From positions 99,569 to 163,568 of the forward strand of contig JAPLWQ010000003.1 of assembly GCA_026396515.1 (NCBI GenBank): 64,000 bases of DNA. The letters run 5' to 3'. The translations under genes were made by a program, and so were the position numbers. Under the pieces are notes generated by a model that saw only the letters and a program-made list of their open reading frames with translations, did not search any database and was not told where the DNA came from. Origin of the DNA: Candidatus Magasanikiibacteriota bacterium (GTDB lineage: Bacteria; Patescibacteriota; Patescibacteriia; Magasanikbacterales; GWA2-37-8). Below, in pieces: positions 27,235 through 36,442 of this stretch (positions within the stretch are counted from its first letter, which is position 1; every line of letters begins with the position of its first letter).

Positions 27235-28454
27235 TTTTTTCCGACCTATTTGAAGAGACAATATTTTCAATGTCATCAAACAAATCCCGTTCGGCTTTGA
27301 CTATTTTAGGTATTGTCATCGGCATCGCTTCGGTTATTGCACTAATTTCCGTCGGCCAGGGCACTTCAAAAGGAATTACCGATCGTATTGAATCGCTTGG
27401 CACAAATTTGCTCGTGGTTATGCCCGGCTCGCAAAGGCAAGCCGGCAATATTGTGCGCGGCGGTATGGGTTCATCACAAAGTTTAAATCTTGAAGATGCC
27501 GAAGCAATAAAAGCGACCGTTACAGATATCACCGCTGTAGCCTCCACAGTTAGTTCTCGTAAGCAAGTGACAGCCAAAGGACAAAATACCAATACCAGCA
27601 TTTATGGTATTGATACCAGTTATTTCGGCATAAAAAGTATTGAAATGGAGCTGGGCAATCAGATAACCGAACAGCAGATAAAGTCTAAGGCAAAAGTGGC
27701 GGTTCTTGGACCGACCACGCGCGACGACTTATTCGGTGTCGGCGCAAATCCGGTCGGACAGAGGATAAAAGTTAGCAGTCAGGAATTTACTGTTATTGGA
27801 GTCACTTTAACTAAAGGCGGTACCGGGATGGGCAGTTCCGATGATTTAATATATATACCTCTGACCACCGCCCAACAATATGTTACCGGCAATCAATCGG
27901 TAAGTAATATCAATATTCAGGTTTCATCGGCCGATCTGATGAGCTTTGTTCAGGCGCAGGTACAGGAGCTATTGCTGCAAAGACATCGTATAGCCGATTC
28001 CACACAAGCCGATTTTAGTATTATGAATCAGGCGGACATGTTAAGCGCCATGTCGTCGGTGGCCGATACCTTGACATTGCTTCTGGCCGCCATCGCCGGA
28101 ATTTCGTTGTTAGTCGGCGGCATCGGTATTATGAATATGATGTTGACCACTGTTACGGAGCGAACCAGAGAAATCGGTTTGCGTAAATCGCTCGGCGCAA
28201 CCAGTAACGATATCAGCAGCCAGTTTCTAGCTGAATCCGTATCACTGACATTTATTGGCGGAATTATTGGCATAGCCGTCGGTTGGGCGGCGGCCTTACT
28301 GATCGCCAAGCTTGGCAGCCTGACTACCGTGGTTACATCTTGGTCAATTTTTCTTTCTGTTGGAGTATCAACATTGGTCGGCATTGTTTTTGGTTTTTAT
28401 CCGTCTCGGCGGGCGGCTAAGCTGGATCCGATAGACGCTTTACGCTATCAATAA
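27231..28454 (+). CDS. MacB/FtsX-like ABC transporter permease
   Basis: It has an N-terminal TM segment, a large periplasmic domain and a C-terminal FtsX-type 3-TM bundle. The gene overlaps the ATPase gene by 4 nt. Confidence 0.85.
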
Positions 28455-28467
28455 ATAATATTTATAT

Positions 28468-29148
28468 ATGCGCAAATACATTATTATCTTCATAATTTTT
28501 TCCGCCATGGCGCTTATTGCCACCGGCTGTGCTGTAAAAAACAGCGCAAACCAAAAAAATGGCAATGCAGAGCCGAACGCCAGTCAGGGCGAAATGAATG
28601 CGTCCGGCACTGAACGAATGAATTTTGGTACTCCGGCCAGCATTCAAGATTTGGCAATTGGTAAAAAAATAACCGTGATGGGTACAACCAATTCAGATGG
28701 GACAATCAGCGCGACAAGAATCATGATAGGTGAGATGCCGGGGTTCGGTCAGGGTATGAGGTCAAGCACTGATCATTTTGCTACCGGTACTATGCCGGGT
28801 CAAAATAATGACGGGCAGCAAGATCTACAACCACCACAAGGCGAAGGCCAGATGCCGTCGGGCGGTGATGCGCCGCAAGGTGAGCAATTCCAGAGGCGCA
28901 GCGCCGGCGGTCAGTGGGGTGGCCAAAACGGTACCGGCGGACAAAGAATGGGTCGCACGCCCGGTCAGTCGCGTCTTTCCGGTGAAATTATGAAACTCGA
29001 CGAAACCAGTATAGTTCTCCAAATCACAGATAATGGTTCAAAAATTGTTTTTTATTCTCAAAAAACTGAAATATTTAATGTACCGACTTCAACCCCGCCA
29101 ATGCCGCCGCGAATTACGAGTACGACCGTATCAGGCAGCCAGCCATAA
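28468..29148 (+). CDS. Secreted lipoprotein with a G/Q/M-rich low-complexity region
   Basis: Lipobox IATGC with a GQ-rich repeat region. Confidence 0.5.
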   Translation: MRKYIIIFIIFSAMALIATGCAVKNSANQKNGNAEPNASQGEMNASGTERMNFGTPASIQDLAIGKKITVMGTTNSDGTISATRIMIGEMPGFGQGMRSSTDHFATGTMPGQNNDGQQDLQPPQGEGQMPSGGDAPQGEQFQRRSAGGQWGGQNGTGGQRMGRTPGQSRLSGEIMKLDETSIVLQITDNGSKIVFYSQKTEIFNVPTSTPPMPPRITSTTVSGSQP

Positions 29149-29238
29149 ATTTTAAATACTAAAGCCGCGCTATGCGCGGCTTTTTTTGTAAAGTAAAAAA
29201 TGTGTTATAATCAATACGTAATAATAATTTAAATACTT

Positions 29239-29613
29239 ATGACCGAATTAAAACAAGTGTACAAGTGTAGTGTTTGCGGCAATATCGTTGAGGTGTTGCA
29301 CACCGGCGTGGGGGAGTTGGTTTGCTGCGGCAAACCGATGGAACTCCAGGCGGAAAAAATGCAGGATGAAGGTGCGGAAAAGCATGTGCCGGTTGTAGAA
29401 AAAACAGAAACCGGATTAAAAATAAAAATCGGGTCGGTTTCACACCCGATGGCGGAAGAGCACTATATTGAATGGATTGAAGTGATCACCGGGTCGGGTG
29501 TATTCCGGGAAACGTTAAAACCCGGAGATGCGCCGGAAGTGGAATTCGCCGTTAAAGAAGAAATTATTGAAGTAAGGGCGCACTGCAATATTCATGGGTT
29601 GTGGAAAAAATGA
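29239..29613 (+). CDS. dfx: Desulfoferrodoxin (2Fe superoxide reductase)
   Basis: The N-terminal desulforedoxin motif is CSVCGN...CCGKPM. The SOR domain has EKHVPVV...H...H...CNIHGLW. Confidence 0.85.
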   Translation: MTELKQVYKCSVCGNIVEVLHTGVGELVCCGKPMELQAEKMQDEGAEKHVPVVEKTETGLKIKIGSVSHPMAEEHYIEWIEVITGSGVFRETLKPGDAPEVEFAVKEEIIEVRAHCNIHGLWKK

Positions 29614-29619
29614 TAAAAA

Positions 29620-29651
29620 AATGAAGCGGCTTAGGCCGCTTCATTTTTTTC
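29620..29651. terminator. Bidirectional intrinsic terminator between convergent genes
   Basis: Hairpin AATGAAGCGGC-TTAG-GCCGCTTCATT is flanked by an A-run and a T-run. It overlaps the stop codon of the minus-strand gene. Confidence 0.6.
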
Positions 29652-30956
29652 TTCAACTTGTTTCTTTAACCTCTCAAATAGGTTTGTTTTTTCCAGCGCC
29701 AGTGCAAATTGAAAAGAAAAGGTATTCAATATCTCCCTGTCTTCCGGCAAATAAATTTCACCAGTTTTCTTTTCACCGATCAAAATTTGCGCCAAATTGG
29801 CGCCGTCGTGTTCGGCATTTACAAATAGCTCATCATCATCGCCTTTCGGCAATATTTCAAACAGATCCTCCTCGCTAATTTTTATTGTGTTAGGACCGCC
29901 GTCTCTTTCAAACAGTAATTTTTCCCTGACCAAATAAATTTTTATGCCTGTCGGTTTGAATATTTTATAAAGTTCTTCCGCCGTGCTTTCAATCAGAGAA
30001 TTTAAATCGATATTCAGATTCAGCGCCAAGCTTAAATTATACATCGCTTCCGAATAGGAAATGTGGTCTTTAAAAAATATTTTATCCGTTTTTTTCTGCA
30101 GAAATTTATTTATCGGGGGAATGCCGATTGCGCCGACAAGCGCGGCTAAAAGCGAAGCGATAGGGTAGGATACGGATTGTGACAGGTCAAGCCAAATTAA
30201 CGCCGTGTTGATTATTAAAAGATAAAAGCCGATTATCGCACCGATGATAACGGAATAGATGATCGATTTTTGAATAACAACTTTAATGTTCAGCAGGCCA
30301 TGCTTAAGGATGGTGTAGGCGAGTGCGGCGCTTAGAAAAATTATACATTGTGGGCCAAGCGTAAAATAGGATATATTGCCGAACAGCGGCAGAATCGCGT
30401 TACAAAGCATTGTGCCGAGCGATGCCAGGCCAAAGCCAAGAAATATGTAGCTGATTTGCGCTCTTTGTACCACGGTTGCTTTCCGGCGCATTTCCACCAC
30501 TCTGATCAAACTGAAAATCCACAATATAATTGTATAGCCGAGCACGAAGAAATACAGCGGCCCGGTAGTTGACTCCGCCGCTTTGTTAAACGGAAAGTTT
30601 GTTCCGGTGATGCTGTATTTTGAATATGCAAAAAGAGATAAAACGATTGCCGGAACGTATATCAAAGCGAATTTAAGTATGGTGATTGAATGGCCGGTAA
30701 AAACTTCTATCAGGTTTGCATATATAGCCATGGCAAAAATTGCCGCGATCAGCGCTGTACCCGCCCAGAATATAAGTGATTTTTCCGTGTAAGATATGTC
30801 GGCCAACGCGTTGCCGACCAAACATATCGTGCTGGAAGCAAACAATGCCGCCAAGTATCTTGCCAGTTTGATTTCCCATTTTTTTACAATAAGAAAAGCC
30901 GCAAATCCCAGGTTGATGATTGCTAGAATTGCGGCTGAGTAGGTAAAGGCGAACAT
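29631..30956 (-). CDS. Polytopic membrane protein (~9-10 TM) with a C-terminal cytoplasmic GAF-like domain and no kinase or output domain
   Basis: A hydrophobic N-terminal ~330 aa is followed by a soluble ~150-aa C-terminal domain. The probable start is ATG 30956 (MFAFTYS...), and the ORF-track extension to 31154 overlaps the upstream gene. Confidence 0.55.
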   Translation of the reverse strand: MFAFTYSAAILAIINLGFAAFLIVKKWEIKLARYLAALFASSTICLVGNALADISYTEKSLIFWAGTALIAAIFAMAIYANLIEVFTGHSITILKFALIYVPAIVLSLFAYSKYSITGTNFPFNKAAESTTGPLYFFVLGYTIILWIFSLIRVVEMRRKATVVQRAQISYIFLGFGLASLGTMLCNAILPLFGNISYFTLGPQCIIFLSAALAYTILKHGLLNIKVVIQKSIIYSVIIGAIIGFYLLIINTALIWLDLSQSVSYPIASLLAALVGAIGIPPINKFLQKKTDKIFFKDHISYSEAMYNLSLALNLNIDLNSLIESTAEELYKIFKPTGIKIYLVREKLLFERDGGPNTIKISEEDLFEILPKGDDDELFVNAEHDGANLAQILIGEKKTGEIYLPEDREILNTFSFQFALALEKTNLFERLKKQVEEKNEAA

Positions 30957-30976
30957 AGGCGGGTTAAGTTGGTGTT

Positions 30977-31720
30977 TCAGGGAAAGCAGCACGGGCTGCG
31001 GTAAACGACAATGACCGAAAAATTTCGGCTCTGCGCGTCTTCCAGGAAATCCGGATATACCGAATGCATGGAAAGACCGTTCCCGGTATAGAAGCCGAGA
31101 ATGGGGTCGGATTTTCCCGGTGCCGGCAGGTCGAGTTCCGGTATGCGCGGACAAGTGCTGTCAAGTGTGCCGCGCGTGCGCTTCACGGTTTGCGCCGCAT
31201 ACCAAAGCGCGATCTTCATTACAGCATCTTTGTCTAAAAGATCCTTGTTAATTATACCAAGATTATGGATCTTTTCCAAGTAGGCGCTGAAACCGGAAAT
31301 GCGCGATGTGCCGACTGCGTACGGTTTGCCTCGGCTGGTGATGTGCTTGCCGAGATTCTTGATCAGAGTCAAACCGACGCCCGGTGAGAGTGAATCGAGA
31401 GTGATCATGCAGAAGGTGTTGCCGTCAGGTTTGTGAGTGGCGCGGGAGTAGCCGTGGTCGGTAAGTTCGTCGTAGGTACGGCAGGGAATCTGATCGGCCG
31501 GGTTAAAATCAATCAACTGGAGATAACAGAACGCTTTTACCGCGTCGTTTTTTTCAGCCACCAAGAACCCGTCGGGATGCGTATCCAGCCAGCATCTCAC
31601 GTGGTCTTCGATGAACGGCGTGCATCCGGTACCGTGGTAAACCTGTTGTTCAATCGACACGATTGCCGGAATGTCTGCTTCGGCGCCAAGCCGAATACTG
31701 ACCATTGACCTATCTGTCAT
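30977..31720 (-). CDS. Putative GNAT-family acetyltransferase (N-terminal), GC-rich gene
   Basis: The IRLGAEADIPAIVSIEQQVYHG...FLVAEKNDAVKAFCYLQL fold is GNAT-like. The function is low-confidence. Confidence 0.45.
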   Translation of the reverse strand: MTDRSMVSIRLGAEADIPAIVSIEQQVYHGTGCTPFIEDHVRCWLDTHPDGFLVAEKNDAVKAFCYLQLIDFNPADQIPCRTYDELTDHGYSRATHKPDGNTFCMITLDSLSPGVGLTLIKNLGKHITSRGKPYAVGTSRISGFSAYLEKIHNLGIINKDLLDKDAVMKIALWYAAQTVKRTRGTLDSTCPRIPELDLPAPGKSDPILGFYTGNGLSMHSVYPDFLEDAQSRNFSVIVVYRSPCCFP

Positions 31721-31936
31721 GCGTTTCCTCCAGTTGTGGTCGGTTGAGGATTTGTATTATTACGAATATGTCGCCTTTGAGTTGTGTAATGAACAATTTT
31801 TCGTCTGCATTCTTGTTTTCAGAACAAGGACGTACAAAATTTTACCACATTAATCATAAATAAGCAATATTCGGATGAATAAAAAAGCCCCGGCGCAAAT
31901 GAATACGTCGGGGCGGGTTGGGTTTGAACGAACGGG

Positions 31937-32407
31937 TCAGCTAATTTGTTCGCATTCCACTTCGAAGATGAGCGCGTTGAGCCAGAGGATGAACTTCCCG
32001 GCGGCCTTGAACGAAACGGTCATCAGGCGTTTGTGCGGGAAATGGTACTTGAAGGCCGGCGGGCAGGCATCTTCGCTCGTGATCGAGGCGATAATGCCGG
32101 GAAAGCCGTCTTCGCGCAACCACTCGGCGATCTTCGTGCCGGTGATCTTGTCCATATTCTCGTCGAGGAGAACGATGTCGTCGCGACCGCCCAGGATGTC
32201 CGGGTAGACGGCGCTTGACTGGATGATGGTAACCGAGAAGATGTTGTCCCAGTGCAGAAGCAGCGGAACGATTCCCTCCACGGCGTTTTCGTCACCGTCC
32301 ACCACGATCACGCGCAGTGGGCGCATTGGCCGACGCATCAGCTCCCTGAGTTTGGGCAAAGATTTGCCGAGTGAGAAAACGCGAATGGGCGGATCTTTCT
32401 TTTTCAT
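31937..32407 (-). CDS. Stand-alone receiver (REC/CheY-like) domain protein, copy 1
   Basis: RVIVVDGDE...DIVLLDENMDKITG is a phospho-acceptor Asp context. It has no output domain and is a paralog of 33089..33550. Confidence 0.6.
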   Translation of the reverse strand: MKKKDPPIRVFSLGKSLPKLRELMRRPMRPLRVIVVDGDENAVEGIVPLLLHWDNIFSVTIIQSSAVYPDILGGRDDIVLLDENMDKITGTKIAEWLREDGFPGIIASITSEDACPPAFKYHFPHKRLMTVSFKAAGKFILWLNALIFEVECEQIS

Positions 32408-32500
32408 GCTTTCACTTTGTCTCCTTCGGCCTTACCCCAAAAGGGCAGGTCATTTTTTGATTGAAAATGTGCGTAAACAATGTAGCAGTTTTTTCAGTGT

Positions 32501-32538
32501 TTGTCAATATTGACAAAGATATAGTTATCCGCTATTCT
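32501..32538 (+). promoter_or_regulatory. Sigma70-type promoter with a palindromic operator for the small-protein gene, copy 1
   Basis: The perfect palindrome TTGTCAATATTGACAA embeds a -35 TTGACA, followed by a 17-nt spacer and -10 TATTCT. The RBS AAAGGAGG lies at 32570. Confidence 0.6.
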
Positions 32539-32583
32539 ATCGGACGCGTGCTTTCATAAACCAACTCAAAAAGGAGGAAACGG

Positions 32584-32955
32584 ATGACGATACTAGTTAT
32601 CGCGAAAGCATGGTTTGAAAACGACGAGCGTTCGTTCGGCAGACCCTGCGGTGTCATTCGTGGGGCGAACATGATGAGCCAGCCGTTCTTTTCCAAGGAG
32701 GTCGGTCTGGCCACGGTTGAGGCAGTGAAGGCGCACTTGTCGCTTGCCGATGACGAATGTGACATTCTGCGCCGAGATATCCTCTCGTCCGATCTCGCCT
32801 ACACGCGCAATGTTTTTGACATGGCGGTCCACATCATCGCCGTGGAACTGTGCTTATCGGCGCTCTCCGAGCACAGCGATATTTCTCAACTCGACCTCGA
32901 TTTTCAAAAGAACGGAAACGAAAATCCGGGTGTGAACGGTACAACTGTTCACTAA
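32584..32955 (+). CDS. Small hypothetical protein (W-x-ENDE-x-SFGRPCGVIRG family), copy 1
   Basis: 123 aa with a strong RBS. It is a paralog of 33713..34141. Confidence 0.55.
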   Translation: MTILVIAKAWFENDERSFGRPCGVIRGANMMSQPFFSKEVGLATVEAVKAHLSLADDECDILRRDILSSDLAYTRNVFDMAVHIIAVELCLSALSEHSDISQLDLDFQKNGNENPGVNGTTVH

Positions 32956-32976
32956 CAACCATTCGATGTTCTTTCC

Positions 32977-33012
32977 CGCGCTGGCGATTCAATCGCCGGC
33001 GCTTTTTTTAAA
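32977..33012 (+). terminator. Intrinsic terminator, copy 1
   Basis: GCGCTGGCGATTCAATCGCCGGCGC followed by T7 and then A7. Confidence 0.6.
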
Positions 33013-33088
33013 AAAATACCCTCCCGACTATTGCCGGGAGGGTTGCGTAATGAGCGAGAGAGGAGAATGTGGAGGCGCGGCCTTGCGC

Positions 33089-33550
33089 TTACTCCATCCG
33101 GTCGCGCAGGACCGTTTCGATCAGGCCGTTCATGAACTTGATGAACCTTTCGGTTTCCTTGATGTCGCTGCCGACGCATGCTTTGTGGCCGAAGTGCGTT
33201 TTGAAATCGTTGGGTGACTCGTCGCCCTGTCCGATGGAAGCGATCATGCCGCAGTATGAACTGCTGCGCAGCTGCTCGGTGACCTGCGCCCCGGTGAGGC
33301 CGTCCAACTGCTCGTCGAGAAGCACGATGTCGCTCTCCAAATCGAGCGGAGGCATCTGGCCGTCGGACTGTATCACGGTGAGCAGGCCGAGGTTGTTCCA
33401 GTGTCCGAGAAGTGTGCGCATGCCGGCGACCGCAACTTCGCTGTCGTCGATTATGAGCACGCGAACCGGCCTTTTTGCAGGTATGCGCATCTGATTCTTC
33501 AAGCCCTGCATAAATTCCGCATAGAACACCGCCATGTCACGCAGGCTCAT
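33089..33550 (-). CDS. Stand-alone receiver (REC/CheY-like) domain protein, copy 2
   Basis: RVLIIDDSE...DIVLLDEQLDGLTG. It is a paralog of copy 1. Confidence 0.6.
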   Translation of the reverse strand: MSLRDMAVFYAEFMQGLKNQMRIPAKRPVRVLIIDDSEVAVAGMRTLLGHWNNLGLLTVIQSDGQMPPLDLESDIVLLDEQLDGLTGAQVTEQLRSSSYCGMIASIGQGDESPNDFKTHFGHKACVGSDIKETERFIKFMNGLIETVLRDRME

Positions 33551-33619
33551 CTTGCCCTCCTTTGTTTGATTAAAATTTTCCCCATTCCCGTTTGCATATT
33601 ACGCCTGATATAGTTTTGC

Positions 33620-33674
33620 TGTCAAGAAAATTCAGGCTTGAAGGATTGACAAAATCCGAAAAATCTGTTATTCT
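33620..33674 (+). promoter_or_regulatory. Sigma70-type promoter and operator, copy 2
   Basis: TGTCAA (33620) and TTGACA (33646, also the -35) form an inverted repeat. A 17-nt spacer precedes -10 TATTCT (33669). The RBS is AAAGGAGG. Confidence 0.55.
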
Positions 33675-33712
33675 GTCACAACGTTTAGTGAAAAACAAAA
33701 AGGAGGTGCGAT

Positions 33713-34141
33713 ATGGGGTTGTTCATCGCGCGCGTCTGGTTCATTTACGACGAGAATACCTTCCGGAAGCCCTGTGGATTTGTACGTGGAAATGGCTTTA
33801 TTAGCCAGCCGTTTTTTTCCAAACAAATCGGCAAGGTCGCTATCGCCATGGTAGGCAACATGTTCAATCTTAGTATCGAAGAGATGAAATTTCTGCGTTC
33901 GGCGCTGGTGATGTCCGGCTTGCAGGAGGCGGAAAACGCTTTGGATCGGGTCGTGACGCGTGTCAGAGTCGTATCAAGCATTACCGAAAAAATTTCCTCG
34001 GTGATACTCAAGACCACTAAGCAGACGCTTAGCGATGACGCAGTTGCTGCAATGTTCAAGCCGCTCAATGTGTACTTCGACTGCGTCGACATCTTGGATG
34101 CTTCCAATACGCCGACCACCAAGTACAGATTCATCCACTGA
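33713..34141 (+). CDS. Small hypothetical protein, copy 2
   Basis: It has W-x-x-DEN-x-FRKPCGFVRG. It is a paralog of 32584..32955. Confidence 0.55.
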   Translation: MGLFIARVWFIYDENTFRKPCGFVRGNGFISQPFFSKQIGKVAIAMVGNMFNLSIEEMKFLRSALVMSGLQEAENALDRVVTRVRVVSSITEKISSVILKTTKQTLSDDAVAAMFKPLNVYFDCVDILDASNTPTTKYRFIH

Positions 34142-34164
34142 CAATATCAACAAGTGCTCTTTCC

Positions 34165-34199
34165 CGCGTCGGCGATTCAATCGCCGGCGCATTTTTTTT
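34165..34199 (+). terminator. Intrinsic terminator, copy 2
   Basis: GCGTCGGCGATTCAATCGCCGGCGC followed by a T-run. It is near-identical to copy 1. Confidence 0.6.
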
Positions 34200-34206
34200 A
34201 TAAAAA

Positions 34207-34375
34207 TCTCCCTCTCCTTTACTAAAGAGAAGGTAGCGACGCTTTCCCTCTCCTTTTTAAGGAGAGGGTTAGGGTGAGGTAATTTACACTTCCTTTTTAA
34301 TTCCCTCTCCTTTCTAAGGAGAGGGTTAGGGTGAGGTAAAATTCCCCCTCTTTTGAAGAGGGGGTTAGGGGGAGT
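34207..34375. repeat. Four tandem REP-like palindromic units (hairpin plus TTAGGGTGAGG tail)
   Basis: The units lie at 34207-34240 (degenerate), 34247-34282, 34302-34338 and 34343-34375. The consensus is CCCTCTCC-N6-GGAGAGGG-TTAGGGTGAGG. The fourth unit has compensatory changes (CCCCCTC/GAGGGGG). Confidence 0.7.
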
Positions 34376-35674
34376 TTAAACCTCCGCGAACATCATCGGA
34401 ATGCCGAGCCGTTTGCGTTTAGTTTCACCAAAAAGTTTATCGTGATGGCGTTCCGGTATATCGCCGCGGTCGCCAAGATGTGCGCCAAAGCGCTGCGCTT
34501 CAAAACTGGAGCCCAAAAAAATAGCATGCTTGCCATATTTTTTTGCCAGCTCGTCCACGCTTTCATAAAGTTTCACCATTTTTTGCATCCGTGCGCCCGA
34601 GGTAAATAAATCAGGTTGAATCACCGCCGGATTCAAATTGGCGAGCACAATGCCGGTCGCGCGGTAGGGTACGCCGCGTTTTAGTAAAGTATAAAAAACA
34701 TCCCGCGCCGCCGCGATAATTTCCTGCGGGGTGGCGGTCGGCCGCGACAGCGCAAACTCGGCGCCGGCGTGACGGAAGTCCTGCGTGCGCAAAACTATTG
34801 CCACCGTGCCGGCGATCAATTTGTGCCGGCGCGCTTTGATGCAGGCGTTTTCAATATTTTTGGAAAGCTGGGAAAAAATAAAATCCGCGCTGTCTGATGG
34901 GGGAGTGAAGGTCTTAAATTTTTGAATAGAAAAATACGAAGATTTTTCTTCCAGTAGCAGTGGCATAACAGATGCGCCGTTTAATTCCTGCCAAATTTCC
35001 CAGAACGGACGCGCCAGATTGTTTTTCACCCACCACTCATTGGCCCGGGCAAAATCACCGGCCGTAAAAAAATTGTGGCGCTTTAAAAAAATAGTTGTAG
35101 CCGGGCCAATACCCCAGACCTTTTCCACCGGATACTTGTCCAGAAACCGCCAGCGGTCGCGCGTGGAGATAATAGTTAAGCCGGACGGCTTTTTCCATTT
35201 GGAACCCATCTTGGCCAACACCTTGCTCGGCGCGAGACCAACGGAGAAAGTGAACCCGAGTTCGCTGTCCAAATCGTGTTTAATTTTTTCCGCGAGCGCT
35301 ATATATCCCGAGCCATGGCGATTGCCATATCCCGTCAGGTCAGCAAAGCATTCATCTATCCCATATTCTTCCACGGCATGCGTGTAGCGCCGTACAATGG
35401 CGTACAAACGGCGCGAGAGCAGGGAATAGGTTTCATAGTCGGACGGCAGGATAACCGCGTCGGGGCAAATCCGGCGGATTTCAAACAAGGGCATGGCCCG
35501 GGTTACTCCGCGCGCTTTGGCTTCATAGCTCATGGATGAAGCGATTCCGCGCTCTTTGCCGGTCACCACCGGTTTGCCTTTCAGTTCGGGGTGGCGCGAT
35601 TGTTCGCAGGAAGCAAAAAACGCGTCGCCATCGACGTGCAGTATTGCTTTTGGAAAAGAAGAAATTGCGAACAT
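34376..35674 (-). CDS. dinB: Y-family translesion DNA polymerase (DinB/UmuC-like)
   Basis: HVDGDAFFASCE is the palm-domain catalytic motif. Little-finger domain. Confidence 0.85.
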   Translation of the reverse strand: MFAISSFPKAILHVDGDAFFASCEQSRHPELKGKPVVTGKERGIASSMSYEAKARGVTRAMPLFEIRRICPDAVILPSDYETYSLLSRRLYAIVRRYTHAVEEYGIDECFADLTGYGNRHGSGYIALAEKIKHDLDSELGFTFSVGLAPSKVLAKMGSKWKKPSGLTIISTRDRWRFLDKYPVEKVWGIGPATTIFLKRHNFFTAGDFARANEWWVKNNLARPFWEIWQELNGASVMPLLLEEKSSYFSIQKFKTFTPPSDSADFIFSQLSKNIENACIKARRHKLIAGTVAIVLRTQDFRHAGAEFALSRPTATPQEIIAAARDVFYTLLKRGVPYRATGIVLANLNPAVIQPDLFTSGARMQKMVKLYESVDELAKKYGKHAIFLGSSFEAQRFGAHLGDRGDIPERHHDKLFGETKRKRLGIPMMFAEV

Positions 35675-35733
35675 AATTTTTTACAACCCGGGTATATTAG
35701 TGTAAACTATAGCCAATTATTAAATTTCAATTT

Positions 35734-36441
35734 ATGCCCAAACAATATCCGCGCGTAAAATTTATCATTGACCGCAAGCGGGATATGTTCGCCTTAAAGT
35801 TAGGCGACGAATATATCAAGCATTGTTTTCCCAATAATATGCGCTTTGTCGGTGGCAAAGATTTTTCCAAAAAAGAAAGGTTAAAATTGGCGAAGAGCTT
35901 TGCCGAGAACAGATACGAGAAAGAACTGAACATATTCAGGAGCAATCTAAAAGTGACGGAACGGAAATGGCGCAAGCATGAAAAAATATTTTTCCGGCTG
36001 GTTGATAAAATTTTTAAGAATTATCCATGGCCGAAAGGCAACTATCGTGGCTATATCTCCGCTTTCTATCGTTTCCCGCGCAATATCAGCCAAAAGACAT
36101 TTGCTTTTCCCGCTCAGTATAATAATCCCAGATTTGTTAATTTTGATCTATTGGTAATCGCTCACGAGATGCTGCATTTCATCACCTATGATTATTTGCA
36201 GAAAAAATATCATTTGAAGCCAAGTGAGCATCATAATAAGGATAATTTTTTCTGGCAGTTTACGGAAAACTTGAATGTGCTGATTGAAAATTCTAAAATG
36301 TGGCGTCCATTTTCCGGTAAATTTGTTTCCGGGCCTTACGATAAGAAAGCGGCGGAGTTGCTTGCATCAATGGAAAAAATTTGGCGGAAAAATCATGATC
36401 TGGATAATTTGATTGTCAAAACTTTTAAACTTAAAAAATAG
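35734..36441 (+). CDS. Hypothetical protein with an HExxH motif
   Basis: IAHEMLHF. AT-rich relative to its neighbours. Confidence 0.45.
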   Translation: MPKQYPRVKFIIDRKRDMFALKLGDEYIKHCFPNNMRFVGGKDFSKKERLKLAKSFAENRYEKELNIFRSNLKVTERKWRKHEKIFFRLVDKIFKNYPWPKGNYRGYISAFYRFPRNISQKTFAFPAQYNNPRFVNFDLLVIAHEMLHFITYDYLQKKYHLKPSEHHNKDNFFWQFTENLNVLIENSKMWRPFSGKFVSGPYDKKAAELLASMEKIWRKNHDLDNLIVKTFKLKK

Positions 36442-36442
36442 T

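Noticed and set aside
31941-32295. Overlapping ORFs 31941-32123(-), 31946-32218(+) and 32023-32295(-) within the REC copy 1 gene
   Set aside because: They are alternative-frame products of a GC-elevated gene, and only the 31937-32407 frame shows the receiver-domain Asp pocket pattern.
34262-34338. TTAGGG telomere-like hexamers in the repeat tails
   Set aside because: They match the vertebrate telomere repeat by coincidence within a GGGTGAGG motif. There is no tandem array.
34207-34375. Possible CRISPR array
   Set aside because: The units are hairpin plus tail with only 15-25 nt between them, and the inter-unit sequences are short and not spacer-like. There are no cas genes, and the fifth copy is isolated 4 kb away. 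It is a REP-like element rather than CRISPR.
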